A program made the position numbers and the translations under genes. Shown in pieces: positions 18,361 to 29,772 of a stretch of DNA of 64,000 nt (within the stretch, counting starts at the first letter, position 1; each line of letters opens with the position of its first letter). This DNA comes from Bacteroidales bacterium (GTDB lineage: Bacteria > Bacteroidota > Bacteroidia > Bacteroidales > UBA7960), in contig JBKBSF010000026.1 of assembly GCA_046291875.1 (NCBI GenBank), positions 3,020 through 67,019 of the forward strand, given 5' to 3'. The notes beneath the pieces were generated by a model. That model did no database searches. It saw only the letters and a list, made by a program, of their open reading frames with translations, and was not told where the DNA came from.

Positions 18361-19455
18361 TCAAGATTTTGCAAGGGAAGTAAACCATCTTTTCCAGCGT
18401 GGCTTTGCAACCATTGCATTGCGTGTATCGAAAGAAAAAACTATTGCGGTAACCTTACCGATGATATGCGTTTCGGGCAGCAATCCCCATGAACGGGAGT
18501 CAGATGTATTGTGCCGGTTGTCGCCCAAAACAAAAAAGTAATTACGCCGGAAGGTGTAGGAAGGTGTGTATTTCCCGCCCACAAAAAGGGAGTCGTTGCT
18601 CAACCGTGCATTCAGCCCTTCGTGATAAAGGATATGGTATCCATACAATGCCAGGTTTTCGGAGGAAAGATCCAGGCTCATGCCACGATAAGGGATTTTC
18701 AGTGGGCCGAACTGATCGGCAGTCCAGTGGGCTGCAATGGCACCATAAGGGGGATGCACATCCTGAGAATTTTCAGACAGGTATCTTTCGATCTTCAGCA
18801 CACCGGGCATGCGCCTCACGGAGTCGGACATCTGGTGGGTAAGCGGAAAAATAAAACGGTTGTCCCTGCCCTCTCTCCGGCCTTCATACAACTCAAGTAA
18901 TTCAAGAAACGCTTCATCAACCACCCCTCTGCGGGTTTCAACCAGGTAGTCGGTCTGGATGGTGGGAAGATTCTCTATTCTTTGTCCATCAACCCACAAT
19001 ACTCCATCTTTCATATGTATTGTTTCGCCCGGCAAACCTGCCACTCTCTTAACCCGGCGAAATCGCTGGTCGATGGGCAGGTTGAGCAATGCAGGGGTAT
19101 TGAGCAAAACCAGATCATGGTGGGCTACACTCCCCCTTGCCGGCAGCCGCCAGTAAGGCAATTGTTTTTCCCTTACAATGGTATCGGTACTGAGCAATAC
19201 ATTTACCCAGCTGTGAGGCACCAGCCGCAAAGGCATACGTGCTCCATAACGGGTTTTGTTTACCCACACCACATCGCCCGGAAGCAAGGTGCGCTCCATA
19301 CTGCTGTCGGATATACTCACCATATCGAAAGCGGTAAAGCGCAGCAAAATCAGTAACCCCAGAGCAATGAGCAAAGCCCTGCCCCACTCTCTTAACTGGG
19401 GAGAGATTCTACGCGAAGCAGATGTTGTTTTTCTTTTTTTCCTCCTGGTAGCCAT
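18361..19455 (-). CDS. lepB: Signal peptidase I
   Basis: TM anchor, SSMERTLLPGD (catalytic Ser), VKRVAGLPGE (catalytic Lys), YFFVLGDNRHNTSDSRSWG. Confidence 0.9.
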   Translation of the reverse strand: MATRRKKRKTTSASRRISPQLREWGRALLIALGLLILLRFTAFDMVSISDSSMERTLLPGDVVWVNKTRYGARMPLRLVPHSWVNVLLSTDTIVREKQLPYWRLPARGSVAHHDLVLLNTPALLNLPIDQRFRRVKRVAGLPGETIHMKDGVLWVDGQRIENLPTIQTDYLVETRRGVVDEAFLELLELYEGRREGRDNRFIFPLTHQMSDSVRRMPGVLKIERYLSENSQDVHPPYGAIAAHWTADQFGPLKIPYRGMSLDLSSENLALYGYHILYHEGLNARLSNDSLFVGGKYTPSYTFRRNYFFVLGDNRHNTSDSRSWGLLPETHIIGKVTAIVFSFDTRNAMVAKPRWKRWFTSLAKS

Positions 19456-19574
19456 ATGCCGGGTAATTCGATGGCAAATTTATAAAAACCCCCGGCAATA
19501 ATTTAGCACTGCTGGAAAAAGGCATAGAAAGGATCAAAACCCTATCTTTGCAACCAAACCCAAACAACTGCTCT

Positions 19575-21086
19575 ATGAAGATTCTCAGTGCGCAACAAAT
19601 GCGTGAGGCAGACCAGTATACCATTGCCAACGAACCCATTGCTTCAATCGATCTGATGGAAAGAGCCTCCAAGGCCTTTTTTGATGCCATTAAACCACGC
19701 CTGAAAAAAAACAATCCGATCCATGTCTTTTGCGGGATGGGTAACAATGGCGGGGATGGACTGGCCATTGCCCGGATGCTTATTCATGCAGGTTACAAGG
19801 CTCAGGTATACAAAGTTCTCCATTCAGATAAAGCATCTGAGGATTTCATTATCAACGAAAAACGTCTTACCAAAATGCGCAGGGCACAGTATGCAGAACT
19901 GTCGGAAACCGATATACTGCCCTCCCTGTCCTCCGCAGATGTGGTGATCGATGCACTTTTCGGCAGTGGATTGAACAGGCCTCTTGAAGGTTTTGCTGCC
20001 CGGCTTGTACAACATATCAATAAAAGTGGAGCCAGGGTACTGGCCGTTGATCTGCCTTCGGGCTTGTTTGCCGACGATAATACCAGCAACAAACCAGAAC
20101 ATATCATCAAGGCAGATTACACTTTTACCTTTCAGCTGCCAAAATTGTCTTTTCTGTTTCCTGAGAACGAATTTTTTGTGGGCAACTGGCAGGTGCTGGA
20201 CATAGGACTTGACAAGAGCTTTATCGATCAGCAGCCTTCCGACTTGCACTTTCTTCAACCCGAAGAGCTCAGTACCCTCTTTCACAGTCGCAGTCGTTTC
20301 TCCCACAAGGGAAATTTTGGCCATGCCCTGCTGTTTGCAGGCAGCCTGGGTAAGGCTGGAGCAGCAGTGCTCGCGGGCAAGGCATGCCTGAGAATGGGTG
20401 CAGGCCTTCTTACCGTTCATGTGCCCGCCTGCAACTATTCCATCCTGCAAAGCACATTACCCGAGGCGATGGTTTCGGTTGACAGTGACCAGCACTTTGT
20501 TTCCGAAACAGGCGATATCAGCCTCTACTCTGCCATAGGTACCGGACCCGGACTGGGGCGGGAGCCACAAACGGCCAATGCATTGAAGCTGCTTATACAA
20601 AACAGCCGTTGCCCCATGGTACTCGATGCTGATGCGCTGAACATTCTGGCAGAGAACCCCACCTGGCTTTCCTTTTTGCCTGCTGGCAGCATTCTCACTC
20701 CTCATGTTAAGGAGTTTGAACGCCTTACCGGAAAAAGCGCCAATGGATGGGAACGATTGCAGAAAGCACGCGAATTTGCTTTCCGCTATGGCTGCTATGT
20801 GGTATTGAAAGGAGCTTTTTCAGCAGTGGTAGGCCCCGACAAAAAGGTGGTATTCAATTCTACAGGCAATCCCGGGCTTGCAACCGGCGGTACAGGTGAT
20901 GTACTCACAGGAATGATCCTGGGGCTTCTGGCACAGGGCTACACACCCCGATTCAGTGCCATGGCAGGGGTATTGCTGCATGGACTTGCTGCAGATCTGG
21001 CCGTTAGGCGCATTCCAATGGAAAGCCTCATGGCCGGCGATGTGGTATCCTTTATTGATAGGGCATTGAAAAAAGTGATCATTTAA
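19575..21086 (+). CDS. nnr: Bifunctional NAD(P)H-hydrate epimerase/dehydratase (NnrE-NnrD)
   Basis: CGMGNNGGDG, DALFGSG, DLPSG, HKGNFG, LDADALN, TPHVKEF, GLATGGTGDVL. Confidence 0.95.
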   Translation: MKILSAQQMREADQYTIANEPIASIDLMERASKAFFDAIKPRLKKNNPIHVFCGMGNNGGDGLAIARMLIHAGYKAQVYKVLHSDKASEDFIINEKRLTKMRRAQYAELSETDILPSLSSADVVIDALFGSGLNRPLEGFAARLVQHINKSGARVLAVDLPSGLFADDNTSNKPEHIIKADYTFTFQLPKLSFLFPENEFFVGNWQVLDIGLDKSFIDQQPSDLHFLQPEELSTLFHSRSRFSHKGNFGHALLFAGSLGKAGAAVLAGKACLRMGAGLLTVHVPACNYSILQSTLPEAMVSVDSDQHFVSETGDISLYSAIGTGPGLGREPQTANALKLLIQNSRCPMVLDADALNILAENPTWLSFLPAGSILTPHVKEFERLTGKSANGWERLQKAREFAFRYGCYVVLKGAFSAVVGPDKKVVFNSTGNPGLATGGTGDVLTGMILGLLAQGYTPRFSAMAGVLLHGLAADLAVRRIPMESLMAGDVVSFIDRALKKVII

Positions 21087-21119
21087 CCTTCTCTATTGTT
21101 ATACAAAGAAAACTTTCTT

Positions 21120-21845
21120 ATGAACAGTTACGGCAAATGGATTCTGGGAGGCCTTGGGTGGGCCTTTGGTGGCCCTATCGGTGCGATACTGGGATTTCTG
21201 ATGGGCTCAGCATTCGACAGCATGAACAGCGGCGCCTACGAGTATAAGCCTGAGCAAATGAGCACACAGCCCGGCGACTTTCGCATCAGCCTGCTGATAT
21301 TATCGGCAGCCGTTATGAAAGCCGACGGAAAACAGTTGCGCTCTGAACTGGATTTCATCAAAGCATTTTTCATTCAGAATTTCGGAGCGGAAGCCACGGT
21401 GCATTACATGAAGGCCTTCAAGGATATTCTCAGGCAGGACATACCCGTAAAGGAGGTGTGCATGCAGATCCGCATGCACATGGATCTTCACAGCCGCTTA
21501 CAACTGCTGCATTTCCTGTTTGGCATTGCTCTGGCCGATGGTCATGCACATCCGCGTGAGGTGCAGGCCATAGAAGAAATTGCCGGATGGCTCAACATCA
21601 ACTCAAACGATGTGGCAAGCATAAAAAACATGTTTGTAAAGGATACTCGCAGCGCCTACACCATATTGGAAGTGACCCCTGAGGCCTCTGAGGAGGAGAT
21701 AAAAAAAGCCTACCGGAATATGGCACTGAAATACCATCCCGACAAAGTAAGCCATCTGGGTGAGGAGTTTCAGCAAGCCGCCAAAGAAAAATTTCAGCAG
21801 GTAAGCGAAGCCTACAATACCATTCGCCGCGAGCGTGGTTTTTAA
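21120..21845 (+). CDS. djlA: DjlA-like co-chaperone (TM, TerB-like domain, C-terminal J domain)
   Basis: [26 protein letters not shown] domain AYTILEV...[14 protein letters not shown] with intact HPD. Confidence 0.88.
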   Translation: MNSYGKWILGGLGWAFGGPIGAILGFLMGSAFDSMNSGAYEYKPEQMSTQPGDFRISLLILSAAVMKADGKQLRSELDFIKAFFIQNFGAEATVHYMKAFKDILRQDIPVKEVCMQIRMHMDLHSRLQLLHFLFGIALADGHAHPREVQAIEEIAGWLNINSNDVASIKNMFVKDTRSAYTILEVTPEASEEEIKKAYRNMALKYHPDKVSHLGEEFQQAAKEKFQQVSEAYNTIRRERGF

Positions 21846-24541
21846 TCCATACTCACCTGACGCCGTGCAGAAAACCCGATAGATGGCCGGCTCTGCAACA
21901 GATCGGTGCCTGATGCAAATTCCATTACATCTTCTGCCTCAAGGGTTTCCATCATCTGCAGGCTGCGCTGTGCCGGCACAATGGATCCCATCCTGAGTAG
22001 CTGATTGCGGATAGCCTTCTCTACCACTTTACGCACAAAGCGTGCATTGCCAAAAAAACGGTCGCGATGTTGCACATGCCAGCCAAAGTAATCCTGCAGG
22101 ATCTTCATAGCTTCGGCGGTAGGTTGTATCCCTTTCTGTCTGAACATGCTGAGGGCAATATAGCCTAACTCTTCATGGGTGTAGTCCTCAAACATGATAT
22201 GATTGTCAAAACGCGATCTCAATCCTGGGTTCACATCCAGAAAATTTTGCATCTCCTGGGTATAACCAGCCATAATCACGGCAAAGGAGCCTCTGTTGTC
22301 CTCCATTTTTTTGAGCAGGGTTTCAATGGCTTCGGTACCAAAATCACCATTCCCTTTTCCCTGTATCAGAGAGTATGCTTCATCAATAAACAATACTCCT
22401 CCCATGGCACTTTCAATTACTTCACTGGTTTTTATTGCCGTTTGGCCCACGTGCCCAGCCACCAGGTTTTCGCGGTTGCATTCTACCAGGTGCCCCCTTT
22501 CCAGCACACCCAGAGCCTTGAAAAGCTCTGCCATCAGCCGTGCAATGGTAGTTTTACCTGTGCCGGGATTGCCCAGGAACACATTATGCAAGCTAAAAGT
22601 ATTGAGGATATTGCGATTGATCTCCTTGTGGTATCGAACCAGTTTTACAAGATCGTTGATCTCTTCTTTCACCCGTGTTATTCCGGTGAGTTCGTTTACC
22701 TGTGCCAGGGTACGCCCCAGCAATTCTTCGTTGATAGGCAGATCAACAGATTTGCCTCCCGTGCGGGTCGATATGTTATCAAAATCTCTCCTTTCAAGGG
22801 TAGAGATATGCGAGAGAGAGAGTTTTTCTGGATCAGGGGTCTTCATTACCCTGACCCCCAGATTGAGCTGAGCCGATTCTATGACAGAACCCACCAGGCG
22901 GGCATTGCCAAAAGATTTATCGCGGTTGCGGTATTCTTCGCTGAGTATCTGCCGCAAGGTATACTCCGCATCGTTGCTGATGGTAAGGCGTTTGCGGGCA
23001 GCCTTCACCCGTGCAATCTGCAAAAGCTCTTCGGGGGTATAATCGGGAAACTCATAAATATTCTGGAAGCGGGAGCGCAGCCCGGGGTTGAACTCCAGAA
23101 AGTGCTTCATTTCCCTGGGATACCCGGCTACAATCACTGCCAGGTCGCCGGGTCCGTCAGACATTTCGCGCAGGATGATCTCCAGGCACTCTTTCCCGAA
23201 ATCCTTTTCATCACCCTTACGGCTGAGCGCATAAGCCTCATCAATAAACAATATTCCACCTCTTGCCTTTTCAATTACATCCTGGGTCATGGGAGCTGTA
23301 TCACCGATAAAACGGCCAATGAGTGAAGAGCGGTCGGCTTCGAAGACCGTGTCGCGCGACAGAAGCCCCAGCTTGTGATAGATCTTGCCCAGGGTGCGGG
23401 CTACGGTAGTTTTTCCGGTACCCGGATTGCCCATAAAGACCGCATGGAGGTTTATTTTGTCGGGATTACCAAGCCCTTTTTGTTCCAGCAGCTGGTTGTA
23501 TTTTACAAATGCAATGTACTCATTCAGTCGTTTGCGAATGGGATCCAGCCCCACCATACCCTCAAGCCCGGCCAACAGATTGTTGTAATTGAGCTCACGC
23601 TCTTCTTCTGTTACAGGCTCCTGGGCGGTTTTAACATGTATATCGGGTTTGCCCGAGGGTTGCACGGATGGAGTTTCCTGCCGGGTCTCCAGGCGGGTAG
23701 ATCCTCTTTGCTCTTTGGCTCCTACCTGGAAAGAAGTGGAAGCAATCTTGTGCCCCATAAACCATACATCAAGGTAATAATGATCGTCGAACCAGGTAAT
23801 CTGGCTCTCGTGCCCGATACCAGCCTCCATGCGGAACAGGTTGTTTACATTCCATGTTTCCACAGACTGGCAGACCACTTTGGTACCCAACAACTGACGG
23901 GCATCGTTAAAAAAGTGAAAAACAAACTCTCCCAGCCAGGGAGTATCTTCAGGGATGCGATTTTCTATCTCAAGCTCGGCCCAGACAAACCGGGTTGCAT
24001 CGCGCCTGAAGGTTGTGAGATACTGCCGGCGATCCAGTGGGTCTGGTTCCGGGCCCGACTCAAACATCCGCAAGGAATACACATTCAGATAGGGATTGTT
24101 GCTGGCATTTACAACACCATAATCATGCATGTAAAAAAAGGTATAATCTGCAAGCTTGTTATTGATCCATGCCTCCCAGCGGTATACCCCTGTAGACCAG
24201 TTCTTGCCCGGAGTTTCATTTCCCCAGTTGTCGGTAATTACCACAACATTCTCATCCTGGCTGATGGTTTTATCAAACTCCTCCACCGACAACATTACCG
24301 GTTCGTCGTCCTGCAATTTGTAGAGAATCAATTCAATGTGGGCTTTCCAGTCTTTTTCATCAAATTTCTTGTTGAAAAAACGAAAATCAACATACATAAA
24401 ACCAACTTCATTCACTTCATATACCGAACGGTACAACCGGCGCTCATTATGCAGCTTTACCTGCGAGATATAACATTGCAGGCTTTTGCACTTAAAGAAA
24501 TCAGATTGCAGATACTTTTCTGCAAAATAGGGATCGGACAT
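21842..24541 (-). CDS. SpoVK/CbbX/EccA-like AAA+ ATPase with two ATPase modules and an uncharacterised N-terminal region
   Basis: Two GNPGTGKTT Walker A motifs, two LFIDEAY Walker B motifs, NPGLRSRF twice, FGNAR twice. Confidence 0.88.
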   Translation of the reverse strand: MSDPYFAEKYLQSDFFKCKSLQCYISQVKLHNERRLYRSVYEVNEVGFMYVDFRFFNKKFDEKDWKAHIELILYKLQDDEPVMLSVEEFDKTISQDENVVVITDNWGNETPGKNWSTGVYRWEAWINNKLADYTFFYMHDYGVVNASNNPYLNVYSLRMFESGPEPDPLDRRQYLTTFRRDATRFVWAELEIENRIPEDTPWLGEFVFHFFNDARQLLGTKVVCQSVETWNVNNLFRMEAGIGHESQITWFDDHYYLDVWFMGHKIASTSFQVGAKEQRGSTRLETRQETPSVQPSGKPDIHVKTAQEPVTEEERELNYNNLLAGLEGMVGLDPIRKRLNEYIAFVKYNQLLEQKGLGNPDKINLHAVFMGNPGTGKTTVARTLGKIYHKLGLLSRDTVFEADRSSLIGRFIGDTAPMTQDVIEKARGGILFIDEAYALSRKGDEKDFGKECLEIILREMSDGPGDLAVIVAGYPREMKHFLEFNPGLRSRFQNIYEFPDYTPEELLQIARVKAARKRLTISNDAEYTLRQILSEEYRNRDKSFGNARLVGSVIESAQLNLGVRVMKTPDPEKLSLSHISTLERRDFDNISTRTGGKSVDLPINEELLGRTLAQVNELTGITRVKEEINDLVKLVRYHKEINRNILNTFSLHNVFLGNPGTGKTTIARLMAELFKALGVLERGHLVECNRENLVAGHVGQTAIKTSEVIESAMGGVLFIDEAYSLIQGKGNGDFGTEAIETLLKKMEDNRGSFAVIMAGYTQEMQNFLDVNPGLRSRFDNHIMFEDYTHEELGYIALSMFRQKGIQPTAEAMKILQDYFGWHVQHRDRFFGNARFVRKVVEKAIRNQLLRMGSIVPAQRSLQMMETLEAEDVMEFASGTDLLQSRPSIGFSARRQVSMD

Positions 24542-24864
24542 GCTCTGGGAGTTTGATTACCCTGCAAAGTAAATGTAAAAATCCCTTATTCTGCAAACCA
24601 GAGGAAGGCTCTCCCTTGTTTTTTCTTATTTGTAATTAGTCTGAATAAAAATACATCCATTTTGATACACAATCCGACCCATTCAACGATTTATCTTTAT
24701 ATTTGACACATTGAGGGGGTTTTATCGTAATGCTTCAGCCAGAGGAGGAAAACAAAACGCTGCAACAACGGTATTGACCCGGATCCATTAAGCCCCACTG
24801 AGGGAGATCCATCCTTACACCCAGCAAACCAATAACTCAAGAGAAACCAAAAGCCTATTTTGCA

Positions 24865-25545
24865 ATGCAATTACATGAAGAGAATCCTGACGAAACCAAG
24901 TCCGGACATGACGGTTCGGATCAGGAAAACAAAGCAGTGACCCCATGGCCGGAAGAACAACCCCATGACACATGCACGCCACCGGATCCGGCTAACACCC
25001 ACACCTCCGGGGAAGAAACGCCCCAGATTCCCGACAAAGACCTTTGCTACGAAGACATTCGGCACCTTGTAATTGAACTGGCCCAACATTTTGAGGCCAA
25101 ACTTAAGTACGACAAGCATAAGGAGCTCATCATAGATCGCCTTCACAAAGAGAATCAGGCTTTCAAAGAGGATCTTTACAAAAAGCTGCTCAAACCACTG
25201 CTCATGGAGATCATAATGCTGTATGACGATTACTCCAGGCTCAGCCATCAATATGCCGCAATGCCCTCAGAGGATGAAACCTGCAAAAAGATGCTTCACC
25301 ATTTTGGCATGATCCACCAGGATCTGGAGGACATCCTTTACAAATATGGTGTTGAAGCTTATGAGGTGGCAGGGGAAACTCTGGATGCTTCGCGACAGAA
25401 AGTGATCCAAACCGTTCCTGCTGCCGATGCTTCGCTCGACAAAACCCTTTGCCAACGATTAAAAAAGGGGTTTGAATGGGAAGGCACGCTGCTGCGCCCC
25501 GAACACATCTCCTGTTACGTTTACAAACCCACCGAAAACCTATAA
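24865..25545 (+). CDS. GrpE-like nucleotide exchange factor
   Basis: Disordered acidic N-terminus, coiled coil (IIDRLHKENQAFKEDL), LEDILYKYGVE, and C-terminal KKGFEWEGTLLRPE typical of GrpE; lies 20 nt before the Hsp70 gene. Confidence 0.8.
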   Translation: MQLHEENPDETKSGHDGSDQENKAVTPWPEEQPHDTCTPPDPANTHTSGEETPQIPDKDLCYEDIRHLVIELAQHFEAKLKYDKHKELIIDRLHKENQAFKEDLYKKLLKPLLMEIIMLYDDYSRLSHQYAAMPSEDETCKKMLHHFGMIHQDLEDILYKYGVEAYEVAGETLDASRQKVIQTVPAADASLDKTLCQRLKKGFEWEGTLLRPEHISCYVYKPTENL

Positions 25546-25565
25546 CAAACTTCAAATCCGATACC

Positions 25566-27227
25566 ATGGAAAAAATTTACGGAATCGATCTGGGAACCAC
25601 CTATTCCTGCATAGCACATGTGGACGAATTTGGCAAACCTGTTATCATTGCCAATATGGAAAATGAACGTACCACACCCTCGGTAATTTTCCTTGAAACG
25701 CCCGAAAACATTATTGTAGGTACAGAAGCCAAAAATCAACTCAGGGCAGAGCCTCAAAAGGTTGCCAGCTTTATCAAACGCAATATGGGCGATCCGCATT
25801 TTATTTTCCATTGCCACAACCGCGACTACCGCCCCGAGGAGTTATCAGCATACATATTGCGCAAACTGGCCCACGACGCTTCAGAAAAAATGGGTCAGGA
25901 GGTAAAAAATGTGGTCATTACCTGCCCTGCTTACTTTGGCATCAATGAACGCGAGGCTACCCGAAAAGCAGGGCAGCTGGCTGGATTGAATGTGATGCAT
26001 ATCATCAACGAACCCACCTCTGCCGCACTGGCTTACGGAATGGAGCAGGTACAGGACCAGACAGTACTGGTTTACGACCTGGGAGGTGGAACCTTTGATG
26101 TAACCATTATCTCTGTAAAACAAGATGCCATTGAGGTTGTGGTAACCGGTGGAGACCATAACCTGGGTGGCAAAAACTGGGACAACTCTCTTATGGAGTA
26201 CCTCTCGGCACAATTCCTTGAAAAAACAGGACTGGAACCCGAAACCAATATCTTTGCCAGCCCCGAAACCTATGGAGATCTGCAGATTGGTGCAGAGAAT
26301 GCGAAAAAAACACTCAGCCAGCGCGATAAAACCCGGGTAACCATACTCTGGGAAACCTACCGCGAGGCCGTTGAAGTAAGCCGGGAAACATTTGACGATA
26401 TCACTGCTGCACACCTACAGCGCACTATTATGCTAACAGATCAGTTGCTGGAGGAAGCCAAAGCCAAAAATGTTTTTGATTTCGATAAGATACTGCTGGT
26501 GGGAGGCTCCACCCGTATGCCACAAATCAGCCAGGCCCTGGAGATGAGATTTCCGGGAAAAACCATAGAGTTTTTCGATCCCGACGAATCAGTTGCCAAA
26601 GGTGCTGCCATTTATGGCCACAACCTTATGATCAACGGTGAGTTGATCAAACGACTGGCAAACGCCATGGGTGTAAACACCCACGATATTGACCTTGAAA
26701 ATGTGCCCCGCGAACACAAGGAAAAAGTGGTAAATCAACTGGCCGGCGAAATGGGTACAACCACGCACGCCATCATCAAAAGCGGGATCAAGATCACCAA
26801 TGTGGTTAGCAAAACCTTTGGAGTAAAAACTTTCAACTCAGAGCTCAACCGTACTGTGGTCTTCAACATGATCATGAAACAAACTGCTGTGCCGGCTGAA
26901 ATAACGGATCATTTCGAAACCCTTTCCGACAATCAGCGCTCGGTTGAGATTGCCATTTTTGAGAACGAAACCACCCGCGAATGGGTAGAAATTGCCGATG
27001 CGGTAAAACTGGGTGAGGGCTCCATAGAGGGCCTCCCGGCCCATCTGCCCAAAGGGTCGCCCATCGAAATTACATTCCGGATCAATGCGGAAGGGCGACT
27101 TGAAGTTCATGCCATTGAAACTACCGGCAAAAACGAATGCCAGCTTACCATAGAAACCACCTCGGTAATCAGCGATGATGAAATGAGCCGGGTAATGCAG
27201 CGCAACCTCAACACACGTGTTTCCTGA
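25566..27227 (+). CDS. Specialised Hsp70 (DnaK-like) protein lacking the C-terminal lid
   Basis: GIDLGTTYS, TTPS, VITCPAYF, IINEPTSAALAY, VYDLGGGTFD, LLVGGSTRMP, DNQRSVEI; ends shortly after the SBD-beta region. Confidence 0.92.
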   Translation: MEKIYGIDLGTTYSCIAHVDEFGKPVIIANMENERTTPSVIFLETPENIIVGTEAKNQLRAEPQKVASFIKRNMGDPHFIFHCHNRDYRPEELSAYILRKLAHDASEKMGQEVKNVVITCPAYFGINEREATRKAGQLAGLNVMHIINEPTSAALAYGMEQVQDQTVLVYDLGGGTFDVTIISVKQDAIEVVVTGGDHNLGGKNWDNSLMEYLSAQFLEKTGLEPETNIFASPETYGDLQIGAENAKKTLSQRDKTRVTILWETYREAVEVSRETFDDITAAHLQRTIMLTDQLLEEAKAKNVFDFDKILLVGGSTRMPQISQALEMRFPGKTIEFFDPDESVAKGAAIYGHNLMINGELIKRLANAMGVNTHDIDLENVPREHKEKVVNQLAGEMGTTTHAIIKSGIKITNVVSKTFGVKTFNSELNRTVVFNMIMKQTAVPAEITDHFETLSDNQRSVEIAIFENETTREWVEIADAVKLGEGSIEGLPAHLPKGSPIEITFRINAEGRLEVHAIETTGKNECQLTIETTSVISDDEMSRVMQRNLNTRVS

Positions 27228-27304
27228 TCTTCAGGTTATACATGACGCCTGTGGTGCTGAGTATTAATCCTGGCACCTGTTAGCTCATCCTCAATGTTAG
27301 TGTT

Positions 27305-29761
27305 ATGGAAGAGAATTTCTACAAGCTTCTGGAACTGGATCCGCGATTACAGGATACAGCCAGCATTGAACAACGGATAGAGCAAAAACGCAGGGAGTGG
27401 TCAACCCAGCGCAACGATCCGCGATTGGGTCAGATTGCGCAGAAATACCTGACGCTACTCCCCGAAATCCGCCGGAGGCTGGTAGAGGATACTGCAGCCC
27501 GCAAAAAGCAGGCACAGGATTATGATCGATGGCTGCACAATCTGAAGGATGAAATTGCCAACCGGCTCAAAGAACTGGCTCCTCTACTGGTGAAAAACGG
27601 AAAGGTAAGCCCGCAGAGCCTGGCATTGCTGTTAAAGAAAAAGGAAAACCAGATTTTCTATTTCGACTCGGCCCATCAGCTCTGCCAGAAGCCTTTCGAC
27701 AGCCAGGAGGCATTGAGAATCCTCAATGCCGGCATTGGAGAGGAAGAGGCACCACCCATAAGTGCCTCTCTTCAGAAATGGATTGACACCTCCGAACTGC
27801 CCAAAGTAAACATGGGCAAGATCAGGCGTTCTCTTGACATGGTGAAAAAAAAAGACCTGTTCGAGTTTCTGTCTGCCAGCCCCACCAGCCATACTGATCT
27901 GTTGCAGAAGAATGCGGAAGCATGCCTTGCCGATGCGGAGCGTTTGCACCAGGAGCTTACAGGTGCCCGCAACAGCCCTGAGAATGATGCCCGGCGTGAG
28001 CTCATTGCCCAGGCCATGAGCCTTTTTCGCGACCCAAGCGGCCCTGCACGGTATGCCAAATCGCTCGACATCGAACGCTTTGATGCCCTCAGAGACTGGA
28101 TCAGCCTGGCAGGTGCCGATCAGCGAATCGATGCCACAGAGTATACCAGGATCATTGAAAGGGCAGCTCAATTGGGTTTACAGGCAGAAATTGCCTCCTA
28201 TCTGATCGACGATCATTGTCGCAAACACAATCTCTTTGTGGAGAAGCCTGCCGTGAAGAGTACAGAAAAGCGTATCCAATGTCCGGTATGCGCAGCCTTC
28301 AGTGCCCCCGACGCAAAGCACTGCAATCAATGTGCTGCGCCGTTAAAGGTGAATTGTCCGCGTTGCAGCCACCCCTCATCCAGTATCGCACAGGCTTGTG
28401 CACAGTGCGGCTTTCATCTGGGCAATATGCCCAATGCGCTCTCTATGCTTGAGAAAGCACGTTTGCTCTGGACACGCAGGAAGGGCGCTGAAGCCCGAAA
28501 GCTACTCTCTGAAGCGGAAACCTACTGGCCAGGGCACCCGGAAATTACGGCATTGAAGCAGAAGATTGAAAGCCAGATGCACCTTATCAATCAGGAGAGG
28601 CTGCTGTTTGAGCAACTCATGGCCAGCCGCGAATTCCAAACTGCCGGTCAGCAACTGACCCGCCTCCAGGAGAATCATCCGGATGACCCCTACCTCTCTC
28701 TTGCCTCGCGACAAATCCGGAATGCACTGGAGGCAGCCGAGGCCCTTTGTACGAAAGCACGGTCCACCCCCAATATCCAGCAGCGTAATGAGCTTTACCT
28801 GGAAGCACTGGCCCACTGCTCAGATTATAATGAAGCCATTCAGAACATTGCCCACCTGCCGGTGCATCCTCCCCGCAACCTTACAGCCCAAAGGACTCAC
28901 GAGAGAACATTGCTGCAATGGCAGGCCCCCGAACATGCAGTGGGGCTCAAATACCGTATCCTGAGAAAAACCTTCTCTCCTCCCCTGCACAACAATGACG
29001 GGGAGTTCCTGGATGAGACCAGCAACCTGCAGTATTCCGACAACAACGCCATTGCAGGGGTTCCCTTTTTTTATGCTGTTTTCTCTTCCCGTGCACGTAA
29101 CCTGTCATCAGTTACCGTACTGGCCGATCCGGTGATTCTGCCCATGGAGGAGGTTTCGCAACTGAAAGTCTCTCTGGTTTCGGGCGATCTTTTCCTTGAA
29201 TGGCAATGGCCTGAAGGCATTTCAAGGGTGCAGATCAACTGGAGACCACAGGTGGCCGATGGCATTGAAGGTACGGGCGAGTCTGCCGTTGCGTTCACAC
29301 ACCACGAATATGCCCGCGAAAAAGGATTTCGGTTGCGTTCACCACTTCCTGCTGATTATTTCTTCAGGGTACGCTGTTGCCGCATCATAGATCAACAGGA
29401 GATTTATTCTGCAGGCCAGGAGACCTGGTACCGGCATTTGGGATTGTATTCCATAGAATACCGTCTGAAGAAAAACCGATGGTGGGGCCCAAGGTACCTT
29501 CTGGTTTTGCGATGCAGCCACCGCACCCTGATTCCACCTTTGCGGGTAATCATGAAAAGCAACGCCATCCCTCTACACAGTGGCGATGGCGTATGCATTG
29601 CACAATATCATCCACAGAAACCCTTACGGAGTATTCGCATTGCCCTTCCCCCGCAATTTGCCGGCAAGGGCCAGTTCATAAGACTTTTTGCTGATGAAGC
29701 AGAAAGCCAGGCAAGGTTTCGTATTCTTATGCCCCCAAGAAAAGATTCTGAAATGTTTTAA
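27305..29761 (+). CDS. Multidomain protein: J-domain-like N-terminus (no HPD), helical region, double zinc ribbon, TPR-like helices, FN3-like C-terminal domains
   Basis: N-terminal NFYKLLELDP; CPVC..CNQC..CPRC..CAQC; PPRNLTA..LQWQAP..YRILR..YSD..G..FFYAVFS (FN3); LEWQWPEG. Confidence 0.65.
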   Translation: MEENFYKLLELDPRLQDTASIEQRIEQKRREWSTQRNDPRLGQIAQKYLTLLPEIRRRLVEDTAARKKQAQDYDRWLHNLKDEIANRLKELAPLLVKNGKVSPQSLALLLKKKENQIFYFDSAHQLCQKPFDSQEALRILNAGIGEEEAPPISASLQKWIDTSELPKVNMGKIRRSLDMVKKKDLFEFLSASPTSHTDLLQKNAEACLADAERLHQELTGARNSPENDARRELIAQAMSLFRDPSGPARYAKSLDIERFDALRDWISLAGADQRIDATEYTRIIERAAQLGLQAEIASYLIDDHCRKHNLFVEKPAVKSTEKRIQCPVCAAFSAPDAKHCNQCAAPLKVNCPRCSHPSSSIAQACAQCGFHLGNMPNALSMLEKARLLWTRRKGAEARKLLSEAETYWPGHPEITALKQKIESQMHLINQERLLFEQLMASREFQTAGQQLTRLQENHPDDPYLSLASRQIRNALEAAEALCTKARSTPNIQQRNELYLEALAHCSDYNEAIQNIAHLPVHPPRNLTAQRTHERTLLQWQAPEHAVGLKYRILRKTFSPPLHNNDGEFLDETSNLQYSDNNAIAGVPFFYAVFSSRARNLSSVTVLADPVILPMEEVSQLKVSLVSGDLFLEWQWPEGISRVQINWRPQVADGIEGTGESAVAFTHHEYAREKGFRLRSPLPADYFFRVRCCRIIDQQEIYSAGQETWYRHLGLYSIEYRLKKNRWWGPRYLLVLRCSHRTLIPPLRVIMKSNAIPLHSGDGVCIAQYHPQKPLRSIRIALPPQFAGKGQFIRLFADEAESQARFRILMPPRKDSEMF

Positions 29762-29772
29762 CCCCCGCAGCA

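Noticed and set aside
21120..21845. DjlA as the J partner of the accessory Hsp70
   Set aside because: Lies directly behind nnr, is separated from the Hsp70 gene by the opposite-strand AAA gene, and is a common core gene; proximity alone is not enough
22175..24556. 383-aa and 393-aa plus-strand ORFs antisense to the AAA ATPase
   Set aside because: Antisense shadows; the minus-strand frame carries all the ATPase motifs
25476..27227. Calling the Hsp70/GrpE pair the housekeeping dnaK/grpE, and using the ORF-track start at 25476
   Set aside because: The protein lacks the lid and canonical linker and sits in an accessory operon; Hsp70 homology begins at the ATG at 25566
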